Shown here: one piece after another, positions 30,596 through 37,696 of the stretch
How positions within the stretch are numbered: the stretch's first letter is position 1
How the letters are laid out: each line of letters starts with the position of its first letter
Assembly (NCBI GenBank): GCA_052387235.1
Contig: JBQTJJ010000001.1
Location: forward strand, 7,581-71,580
Reading direction: 5' to 3'
Source of the DNA: Actinomycetota bacterium
GTDB lineage: Bacteria; Actinomycetota; Acidimicrobiia; Acidimicrobiales; GCA-2861595
Length of the DNA: 64,000 bases
Program-made: the position numbers and the translations under genes
Notes under the pieces: generated by a model
The model's database searches: none
What the model was told of the DNA's origin: nothing
Seen by the model: only the letters and a program-made list of their open reading frames with translations

Positions 30596-31195
30596 ATGAG
30601 ACCGGCGTCGGCCCTCGCACTGGCGGCGGCCCTGGCCCTGGCCGGCTGCAGCTCGGGCGACGGCGGGGAGGCACCCACCACCACGAGGGAGCCGGCGTCC
30701 ACCACCAGTGCGCCGGCTTCCACCACCACGACGGCCGGTGCCGCGGCCACCCCCACCACGGGCGTGCCCACCCTGGGCCTGGACGGCATCGGCGCGCTAC
30801 GCCTCGGGATGTCACGCGCCGCCGCCGAGCAGACCAGGATGCTCGGCCCGGTGGGGCCGGCGTGCGAGCTGTCAGGGACCACGGGCGCCGACCTGCTCCC
30901 GCCGCTCGAGGGCAGCGTGGAGTTCGGCCCCGACGGCCGCCTGGAATCGATCAACCTGCGGGCCGGCGCCACCACGGCGGAGGGCGTGGCGCCCACCGCC
31001 AGCCTGGACGAGGTACGCCAGGCCTACGACGGCCGCAACGGCTTCACCCTCACCCGCGACGACAGCCCCGCCGAGGTGTTCGGCATCTTCCTGGAGGAGG
31101 CCTCGAAGGGGGACGCCAGCTACACCTTCGACTTCGACGTGGGCTCGTCCAAGGCGTCGTCGGTGTCGGTGCCGGCTCCCGCGTTCTGCGATTGA
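30596..31195 (+). CDS. Hypothetical lipoprotein
   Basis: Lipobox LALAGCSS followed by a Thr/Ala/Pro-rich linker and a globular domain. Confidence 0.6.
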   Translation: MRPASALALAAALALAGCSSGDGGEAPTTTREPASTTSAPASTTTTAGAAATPTTGVPTLGLDGIGALRLGMSRAAAEQTRMLGPVGPACELSGTTGADLLPPLEGSVEFGPDGRLESINLRAGATTAEGVAPTASLDEVRQAYDGRNGFTLTRDDSPAEVFGIFLEEASKGDASYTFDFDVGSSKASSVSVPAPAFCD

Positions 31196-31659
31196 ACCTC
31201 GACCGGTGCGTACCCGACGGCGGGCGTCCCCGGGGGGTTGTGGACGCCGGGCCGGGCGTCCGGGTTCGGGACGCACACCTCGCCCTCCAGCCCGTCGGGG
31301 TCGCGGAAGAACAGGCTCAGGACCGGGCCGAAATCAGTGACGAACCCGTCCGTGGACCCCAACTCGATGAGCCGGTCGCGGATGGTGTCGAAGGCCTCGA
31401 GTGACGCCGCTTGCAGCCCGAGGTGGTCGATGCGGCCCCGCCCCAGCATCGGCGTCTGTCGCTCGGCCTCGGTGTTCCCCTCGACCTCGAACACGTTGAG
31501 CTGGGCCGTGGGGCCGATGTCGATGAAGGTGAGGAGCGCACCCTCACCTGCCTCCATCTGGCCGCTCGACGTGGCCTCGAACACCTCCTGGTAGAACCGG
31601 ACCAGCCGCTGCGTGTCGCCCGTGAGAAGGGCCACGTGGTTGACGCCGTCGAGGAGCAT
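31120..31659 (-). CDS. VOC (glyoxalase/bleomycin-resistance/dioxygenase) family protein
   Basis: VNHVALLTGD..RLVRFYQEVF ... IDHLGL ... LFFRDPDGLEGEV. The 3' end overlaps the convergent lipoprotein gene by about 75 nt. Confidence 0.75.
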   Translation of the reverse strand: MLLDGVNHVALLTGDTQRLVRFYQEVFEATSSGQMEAGEGALLTFIDIGPTAQLNVFEVEGNTEAERQTPMLGRGRIDHLGLQAASLEAFDTIRDRLIELGSTDGFVTDFGPVLSLFFRDPDGLEGEVCVPNPDARPGVHNPPGTPAVGYAPVEVQSQNAGAGTDTDDALDEPTSKSKV

Positions 31660-31775
31660 GGCCGAAGCGTAGGCCCTGTTCCAGGCACTCCCTCGACGAG
31701 ATCTTTAGGAAAGGCTTGCACCTTCGAGGCGAGCGACCTACCGTTCACATCTCGTTCACGGGGAGGCTGGGAACC

Positions 31776-32990
31776 ATGCATTTTCAGCGGCTGTTTTCGA
31801 TCGTCGCGGTCGTAGCGCTCGTTGCGACCGGTTGCGGTGATGACGACGATGACGACACCGGTGCCACGCAATCGACCCAGGCGGCCGGGGGTGGCGGGGG
31901 CAGGATCACCGTGGACGTCGATGCCGACACCGACGATCCGAACGCGTTCCACCTCGGGTACTTCCCGGCAGCCGTGAAGGTCCGGCCGGGCGACACCGTC
32001 GTCTACAAGTCCAATTTCACGGGCGAGCCGCACACCATCAGCTTCGGCTCGTTGATCACGCCCGCCATCGAGGCAGTCGAGAACGCCACGCCCGAGCAGC
32101 TCGCAGCGGACGAGCCGCCGCCGGCCTTCGAGCCTTTGCTCAAGTACGCCATGCTCCCGGAGGGCCCCGGCGACGCCAACCAGGTCTCCGCCAACCCGTG
32201 CTTCGTCACGAGCGGCGAGCTCCCGGCCGACACCACCCAACCGTGTGCGGAGCAGGAGCCGGTGCCCTTCACGGGCAAGGAGGTGTTCTACAACTCCGGG
32301 TTCCTCGCTGACGAGGAGGAGTTCGAGGTCAAGCTGGCGGACGACATCGCGCCAGGCATCTACAAGGGCTTCTGCATGCTCCATTTCACCGAGATGGTCT
32401 CCACCATCGAGGTGGTCGCGGACGACGCCGACGCGACGAGCGAGGACGAGGCCCGCGCCCAGGCCGGAAAGGAGCTGGAGGCCGTCACGGCCAAGGCCAA
32501 GGAGGCGTACGAGAAGGCAAAGGCATCGGCCCAGCCCGGTACCGTGCTGTCGGGCGATCCCGTGACCGAGGAGGAAGAGCGGACCGGCCCACCGAAGCCC
32601 AACACGACCGTCGGTCTCGCCGAGTTCACTCCGGCCGAGAGCTCTGTGGCCGCGGGGGATTCTGTGACCTGGACCATCAATGGTCCCCACACCATCACGT
32701 TCAACGCTCCAGAGGACGCCAAGGTGGTGATCGCAAAGGGGCCGGACGGCAACACGCACCTGGTCCAGAAGGCGGTGACGCCGGCGAAGTTCAACGTGCC
32801 GCCCCCGCCCGAGGGGGAACCGGAGGGCCCGCCGCCGACCGTCGACCTCGGTTCCTACGACGGCACAGGCTTCGCCAGCACGGGGCTCCAGTTCGGCGGC
32901 TCGTTCAAGGTCACCTTCACCAAGCCGGGCACCTACAACTACGTCTGTGTCGTCCACCCGGAGATGGAGGGCACCGTCAAGGTGACGTAG
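31776..32990 (+). CDS. Cupredoxin (blue-copper) two-domain lipoprotein
   Basis: ATG 31776 after GGGAGG. Lipobox LVATGCGDD. Two Cys-x-x-His-x-x-Met type sites (GFCMLHFTEM and YVCVVHPEMEG). Confidence 0.8.
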   Translation: MHFQRLFSIVAVVALVATGCGDDDDDDTGATQSTQAAGGGGGRITVDVDADTDDPNAFHLGYFPAAVKVRPGDTVVYKSNFTGEPHTISFGSLITPAIEAVENATPEQLAADEPPPAFEPLLKYAMLPEGPGDANQVSANPCFVTSGELPADTTQPCAEQEPVPFTGKEVFYNSGFLADEEEFEVKLADDIAPGIYKGFCMLHFTEMVSTIEVVADDADATSEDEARAQAGKELEAVTAKAKEAYEKAKASAQPGTVLSGDPVTEEEERTGPPKPNTTVGLAEFTPAESSVAAGDSVTWTINGPHTITFNAPEDAKVVIAKGPDGNTHLVQKAVTPAKFNVPPPPEGEPEGPPPTVDLGSYDGTGFASTGLQFGGSFKVTFTKPGTYNYVCVVHPEMEGTVKVT

Positions 32991-32997
32991 CGGTGGC

Positions 32998-33087
32998 CGG
33001 GCGGATGAACCGGCCTTTCGCCTTGACACCCTGAGGGCCATCCACGTCGGTGTCGAGCACGTCGAGCCGCTCGGGGCCTCACCGAAG
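32998..33087 (-). pseudogene. Decayed fragment of a periplasmic (siderophore-type) binding-protein gene
   Basis: The minus-strand frame reads GPERLDVLDTDVDGPQGVKAKGRFIRP and is bounded by stops. PERLDVLDTDV is identical to residues of the intact gene at 58157-59176. An extra C (33077/33078) breaks the frame relative to that gene. Confidence 0.6.
33043..33084 (+). repeat. Left copy of a direct repeat (partner at 58364-58404)
   Basis: CACGTCGGTGTCGAGCACGTCGAGCCGCTCGGGG (34 nt) is identical at 33043-33076 and 58364-58397. After a 1-nt indel, CTCACCG also matches. Confidence 0.9.
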
Positions 33088-33146
33088 CGTCGGCCCGGGC
33101 AGCAGTGCCGACGCGACCAGCCCGCCCGGTCGGGCAGTGGCTCGGC

Positions 33147-33536
33147 TCACGTGCCGTCGACCGTGGCCTGCCCCGGGTTGGTGATGCTGATCACGCCGCC
33201 CCACGTGCACATGCAGGTGCAGACGTCGGTGAGGGCCGGGGTGCCCCCGATGAGCACGGTGGCGGCGCCGGGCGTCCACGGCGCCGTCGTCACCGGGATG
33301 CACGGCTGGGGCGTCAGCACCCCCGACGCGGCCGACGTGGCCGCCGCCACCTGGGGGTTGGACGGCGTGGTGCACATCCCGAACGGGGCCAGGTTGGCCA
33401 TGGGCACGCTGTCCGTGACGACCGCTCCAGGCGGGCCGCCGGCGTTCGTGCGCTTGGCGGGAGGCACGGTGAGGGTGGACGGGTTGGTACCCATCGTGCA
33501 GGCCACCATCGCACCGGACACGACCAGCTTGGGCAC
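33147..33536 (-). CDS. DUF4280 (PAAR-like) spike-tip protein
   Basis: MPKLVVSGAMVACTMGT.PSTL.V ... PFGMCT ... C.P.T..PW.PG ... GG.PAL ... C.C..GG.I is the DUF4280 pattern. GTG start preceded by GGAAGGGAGG. Confidence 0.8.
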   Translation of the reverse strand: MPKLVVSGAMVACTMGTNPSTLTVPPAKRTNAGGPPGAVVTDSVPMANLAPFGMCTTPSNPQVAAATSAASGVLTPQPCIPVTTAPWTPGAATVLIGGTPALTDVCTCMCTWGGVISITNPGQATVDGT

Positions 33537-33559
33537 GGTCGGAGCCTCCCTTCCTGGGG

Positions 33560-34726
33560 TCAGCGATGGACGAGCTGGGTGAGGCGCACGAGTTGGGCCA
33601 CATCCCGGCCCGACGGGGTCACCGTGGGGGGGACCACCAGGAAGGCGGTCGCGGCAGATGGGCCGCCCCCCACCTCCCCCACCGCCTGCCGGGGCCCGGG
33701 GGCGTCGCCCGGCATCACCAGCATCTGCGTGGAGAAGGATCCGGTGGCGTCGGCGGTGACGGCCTTCTCGCCCAGGCCGGGCAGCCAGCGCAGGGTGACG
33801 GCGGCGTTGGCCGGGTAGCCGGTCCCGTTCAGCTGGGTCACGAAGCCCGGCGGCCCGATGCAGGGCGAGCAGGTCAGCACCACCACGCCCGGCACGGTGG
33901 GCGGGATGGTGGTGGTCGTGGTGGGGATGGTGCTGTCCGGGGTGGTGGGCCTCGTCGTCGATGACGAGGAGGACGACGACGAGGACGAGCTGCTGCTGCT
34001 ACTACTACTGCTGCTGCTTGACGAGGTGGTGGTGCCAGGCGGCTTGCAGGGGACGTTCCAGTCCAGGCGGGCGCTCGCGCCTCGCTGGTCGCCGGCCCGC
34101 ACCGTGTAGCTGCCGGCCGCCGCCTCGGGCTGGGCGGGGACGGCCCAGCCCGTGACCTGCCAGGTGCCGCTGGCGGTGACCGTGGCCGTGATGCGGGTGA
34201 TCACGGTCTCCAGGCGGTAGAAGACCACCGTCACGATGTTCTGGGCCGTCGCCCCCCCCTGCCAGAGCGTCCCCGAGGCGGTGACCGACCAGGTGCCCGG
34301 CGCGGCGGGGCCGCACTGCTCCTCGCCGGTAGCCGCGTACGAGGGCTCGTCGTAGGCCCGCATGTCGGGCACGGACAGGAACGGGGCGCTGGCCGTGACG
34401 TTGAAGCAGGTCGTCCCGCACACCGTCTGGGTGGCCATCACGGTGTAGGTGCCGCCCGCCCGCCGGGCGGGCGCGATCGGGAGGGAGAACATGCCCTGGC
34501 CGTTGGCGGCGGTGCCACCGGCCGGGGCGCCGGCGAAGGTGACGTCGACCTTGCCGTTCGGGGCGAACCCGGTGCCGGTGACGGTGATGGACCATGTGCC
34601 GCTGGTGCCGGCCGGGGCCGACGAAGGGGTGAGGGTGATGGCGGCGCTGCTCTGCGCCGACGCGGCCGGGACCAGGACGGCGCCGGCCAGCAGGGCGGCG
34701 GCGACCAGGACCCGGGCCCGGCTCAT
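33560..34726 (-). CDS. Secreted multi-domain (Ig/IPT-like) protein with 22-Ser linker
   Basis: Sec signal MSRARVLVAAALLAGAVLVPAASA. Repeated beta-rich segments such as ITLTPSSAPAGTSGTWSITVTGTGF. ATG 34726 overlaps the upstream stop (ATGA). Confidence 0.65.
   Translation of the reverse strand: MSRARVLVAAALLAGAVLVPAASAQSSAAITLTPSSAPAGTSGTWSITVTGTGFAPNGKVDVTFAGAPAGGTAANGQGMFSLPIAPARRAGGTYTVMATQTVCGTTCFNVTASAPFLSVPDMRAYDEPSYAATGEEQCGPAAPGTWSVTASGTLWQGGATAQNIVTVVFYRLETVITRITATVTASGTWQVTGWAVPAQPEAAAGSYTVRAGDQRGASARLDWNVPCKPPGTTTSSSSSSSSSSSSSSSSSSSSSSTTRPTTPDSTIPTTTTTIPPTVPGVVVLTCSPCIGPPGFVTQLNGTGYPANAAVTLRWLPGLGEKAVTADATGSFSTQMLVMPGDAPGPRQAVGEVGGGPSAATAFLVVPPTVTPSGRDVAQLVRLTQLVHR
33959..34024 (-). 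repeat. Coding homopolymer: 22 consecutive Ser codons, flanked by Thr/Pro-rich linker
   Basis: Mixed TCG/TCA/AGC/AGT/TCC codons, read directly from the reverse complement. Confidence 0.9.
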
Positions 34727-35997
34727 GTCCCGATGGTCTTCACGAACCCCGCGAGGTAGACGGCAGTTGTGCAGGCCGGGCTGGCGCACTCGACGTGGAG
34801 CGTGACCTTGGTTCCTGGGGACACGATGACGGGTGACACGAAGTGGTAGTCCAAGTCCCGGAAGTTGGCCAGGTTGAGGCGAAGCAGGACCCGGTCACCC
34901 CGCTTCAATTCCACGATACCGCTGTCCCCGGCGGGGTTCTGGAGCACGATGTCGGTGAGCGAGAAGACCTGCTTGTCGCCCACCGTGACGGCATCCTCGA
35001 GCACCCCGGGCCCGTTCACGGCCAGCCTGGCGTCGAACGGGTTCCCGAGGTCCGTCTCCACCTCCTCGGCGCCGGCCTGGGCGCCGGGCGGCGTGCCGCC
35101 CGAGTCCCCGCCCCCGGTGTCGATCTGGGGTGCGGCCGCGCCGACCTGCTTGGCCAGGTCCTGCAGGGCTTCCTCGGTCTGCTCCAGGGGCTCCTCCACC
35201 GCCTCCTTCGCCGCCGACTCCACGGTCGGCTTGAGCAGGGTGAACCACAGGATGACCAGCAGGAGCAGGAGGGCCAGCACGGCCAGGAGGACCTTCCAGA
35301 ACCAGCTGGGCAGGCGGGGCTCTTGGAGATAGGAGCCGTCGACGGTGATCGGCGCGGCGCCGTCCGCCTCCACCGACACCTGGAACGGCAGCGTCTTCGG
35401 CCGCCCCCGCCAGAACGTCTTGAGCGGGCGGACCACGACCTTGGAGAACGTGGCGGTGTCGGGCTCGGCCACCAGCGCAGGGGGCCCGAACGAGAAGCGG
35501 AGCAGGTCGGCCGGGTCGGCGGCGGTGAGCACGGCGTTGACGCGGGTGTTGCCCCGGTTGTCGAGGGCCAGCTCGTGGCGCCCGACCCGGCCGCCGTGGG
35601 AAGTCCGCGGAAGCAGCTCGGCCGAGACGTCGACGAAACCGCCGACCTCGAGGGTGCCCTCCTCCACCATCCCGCCGGCCGGGTCCTCCTTGGACGACAC
35701 CTTGACCGCGAAGGGGATGGCGCCGGACCGGGCCTCCGCCGATCGGGGCACGGTGAAGCGGATGTGGGCGACGCCCTCTGCACCGGGGAACAGCGACAGG
35801 CTGGGTGGGTCGGCGGTGGCCCAGGCGGCGGCGTCGCCGAGGATCTCGAAGGTGAACTGGTCCACGACGGTGCCGGTGTTGCGGAGGCGGACGTCGACGA
35901 CGACGGTCCCTCCGGGCTCGACCTGCAGCGCCGAAGACGAGAGGGAGGCGGTCGCGCCCACGGCCCCGCAACATACGCCCGGGACCTGCGCCGTCAA
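34723..35997 (-). CDS. Bitopic membrane protein: N-terminal Ig/CARDB-like domains, one TM, C-terminal beta-rich domain
   Basis: No signal peptide. LQVEPGGTVVVDVRLRNTGTVVDQFTFEILG resembles CARDB/NEW3-type Ig folds. TM helix WFWKVLLAVLALLLLLVILWFTLL sits at about aa 235-258. Start is TTG 35997 or GTG 35961. Confidence 0.65.
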   Translation of the reverse strand: MTAQVPGVCCGAVGATASLSSSALQVEPGGTVVVDVRLRNTGTVVDQFTFEILGDAAAWATADPPSLSLFPGAEGVAHIRFTVPRSAEARSGAIPFAVKVSSKEDPAGGMVEEGTLEVGGFVDVSAELLPRTSHGGRVGRHELALDNRGNTRVNAVLTAADPADLLRFSFGPPALVAEPDTATFSKVVVRPLKTFWRGRPKTLPFQVSVEADGAAPITVDGSYLQEPRLPSWFWKVLLAVLALLLLLVILWFTLLKPTVESAAKEAVEEPLEQTEEALQDLAKQVGAAAPQIDTGGGDSGGTPPGAQAGAEEVETDLGNPFDARLAVNGPGVLEDAVTVGDKQVFSLTDIVLQNPAGDSGIVELKRGDRVLLRLNLANFRDLDYHFVSPVIVSPGTKVTLHVECASPACTTAVYLAGFVKTIGT

Positions 35998-36155
35998 AGG
36001 GCCCCGGGGAAGCCACCGGGGCAGCTCGCACTGCCCGTTCGGGTGACCTTCGCGGGAGGCCCGTTCGGGCCGTCCCGTGTGGAGCGCGCGTAGAGCCGTT
36101 GCGGAGGGGACCGTGCAAGAGTGCGGGCCCGGCGGGGGAAGGAGCAGGAACGAAA

Positions 36156-36782
36156 GTGGCCGATCGCATCCCCGTGTTCGTCTATGCCGCGGACCCGATC
36201 TCCCAGGCCGGGCTGGTGGCGCAGCTCCGCAGCCGGCCGGAGGTGACCGTCGTGGCCGCGGGCGACGTGGACACCGCCGTGGTGGCCATCGTCCTCTGCG
36301 ACGAGATCGACGACGAGGCCCTCAAGGCGGCCCGGGCCGTACAGCGCAACGGCTGTCCCAAGCTGGTGCTGGTGGCCACCCGCCTCGACGACGCCGGCCT
36401 CCTCCGGGCCGCGGAGACCGGCGCCAGCGGCCTCTTGCGCCGGAGCGAGGCCTCGCCCGAGCGCCTGGTGACGTGCGTCCGGTCGGCCCTGGCCGGCGAC
36501 GGGGCCGTCCCGCCCGACCTGCTGGGCCGGCTGCTCGACCAGGTGGGCCGCCTGCAGCGCCAGGTGCTGGCACCCCGCGGCCTCACCATGAGCGGCATGG
36601 CCGAGCGGGAGCTGGAGGTGCTCCGGCTCGTGGCCGACGGCCTCGACACGGCCGAGATCGCCAGCCGGCTCTCCTACTCGGAGCGCACGGTGAAGAACGT
36701 CATCCACGACATCACGTCCCGCTTCCAGCTGCGCAACCGGGCCCACGCCGTCGCCTACGCCGTGCGGGAGGGCCTCATCTGA
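36156..36782 (+). CDS. LuxR-family regulator with receiver-like N-terminal domain (atypical), no adjacent kinase
   Basis: GTG 36156 after GGGGGAAGGAGCAGG. C-terminal ERELEVLRLVADGLDTAEIASRLSYSERTVKNVI HTH. The N-terminal domain has only one Asp in the usual DD position and no clear conserved Lys. Confidence 0.8.
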   Translation: MADRIPVFVYAADPISQAGLVAQLRSRPEVTVVAAGDVDTAVVAIVLCDEIDDEALKAARAVQRNGCPKLVLVATRLDDAGLLRAAETGASGLLRRSEASPERLVTCVRSALAGDGAVPPDLLGRLLDQVGRLQRQVLAPRGLTMSGMAERELEVLRLVADGLDTAEIASRLSYSERTVKNVIHDITSRFQLRNRAHAVAYAVREGLI

Positions 36783-36803
36783 CCGGCTGACCCCGCCGGC
36801 GCC

Positions 36804-36853
36804 GGACTGGTAGCGGAACTGGTGCCCAGGGGGACCGATCCCGCTACCAGTCC
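36804..36853. promoter_or_regulatory. 13-bp perfect inverted repeat (hairpin/operator candidate) between the LuxR gene and the CIS operon
   Basis: GGACTGGTAGCGG (36804-36816) and CCGCTACCAGTCC (36841-36853) are separated by 24 nt that is itself partly self-complementary. Confidence 0.5.
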
Positions 36854-36946
36854 TGGCGGCGCGGGCCGAAAGGGCACCGGGAGCTGCCCGAACGGCTGCA
36901 CGGCGGCGGCTGGGCGGCGGCGGGCGGGGCTGGAATCGTCGCGACG

Positions 36947-37696
36947 GTGATCCACGACGTGGACGAGTCGCTCCGCCGGTTGCTGCGCCGGGACGCCCTC
37001 AACGGCTCCGACGTGGAGGTGGCGTTCGACGCGCCCACCAAGGAGTGGGCCGCGTCCCGGAACACGCCCAGCGTCGACGTCTACCTGTACGACATCCGCG
37101 AGAACATGCGCCGGCGGGACGTGATGTACGAGGAGGTCCGGGACGAGGACGGGCGGGTCCTCGCCCGCCGCCCGCCGCCCCGGCGCTTCGACCTCTCCTA
37201 CCTCCTCACCGCCTGGACGCAGCGGCCCGAGGACGAGCACCGCCTCCTGGCCGCCTGCCTGGGTTGCTTCCTGCGCTACGAGGTCCTCCCCGAGGAGGTG
37301 CTGGCCGGCGCCCTGGCCGACCAGGACCGGCCCGCCCACGTGCACATCGCCCTCCCACCGGCCGAGGACCGCAACATCTCCGACGTGTGGTCGGCGCTCG
37401 GGGGCGAGCTGAAGCCGTCCCTCGACCTGGTGGTGACCGCGCCGTTCGTGACGGGCCGCTCGGTGGACGTGGGCGCCCCGGTGCTGGAGGGACCGCTGCT
37501 GCGCATGCGGGGCGACGGCGTGGGGGAGGCGGCCGGCGCCCCGACCGTGACCGCCGCCAGGCCCGGCGCCGGCGGCCGGCGGCCCCGGGCCCCGGCCCGG
37601 CAGAAGCGGGCCCTGGCCGAGGAGCTGGTGCAGGGTGCCAAGGGCGAGGACCAGCCCGGGCGCAGCTTCTGGCTCAAGCAGCTGGAGTCGCCGTGA
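36947..37696 (+). CDS. CIS tail terminator/cap protein (DUF4255, Afp16/Pvc16-like)
   Basis: MIHDVDESLRRLLRRD ... VEVAFDAPTKEW ... PSVDVYLYDIREN ... DLSYLLTAW is the DUF4255 signature. GTG start. Confidence 0.85.
   Translation: MIHDVDESLRRLLRRDALNGSDVEVAFDAPTKEWAASRNTPSVDVYLYDIRENMRRRDVMYEEVRDEDGRVLARRPPPRRFDLSYLLTAWTQRPEDEHRLLAACLGCFLRYEVLPEEVLAGALADQDRPAHVHIALPPAEDRNISDVWSALGGELKPSLDLVVTAPFVTGRSVDVGAPVLEGPLLRMRGDGVGEAAGAPTVTAARPGAGGRRPRAPARQKRALAEELVQGAKGEDQPGRSFWLKQLESP

Noticed and set aside
31120-31195. 76-nt overlap of the convergent VOC and lipoprotein genes, considered as evidence that one call is wrong
   Set aside because: Both ORFs have coherent N-terminal signatures, and neither has an earlier in-frame stop. 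The overlap is kept but flagged, since either C-terminal tail may be non-functional read-through.
37045-37692. 5' extensions of the ATPase ORF (37045..) and of the first DUF4157 ORF (37635..39806)
   Set aside because: The extensions overlap the preceding genes out of frame and are Arg/Pro-rich. Coupled starts at 37693 and 39807 fit the conserved N-termini.
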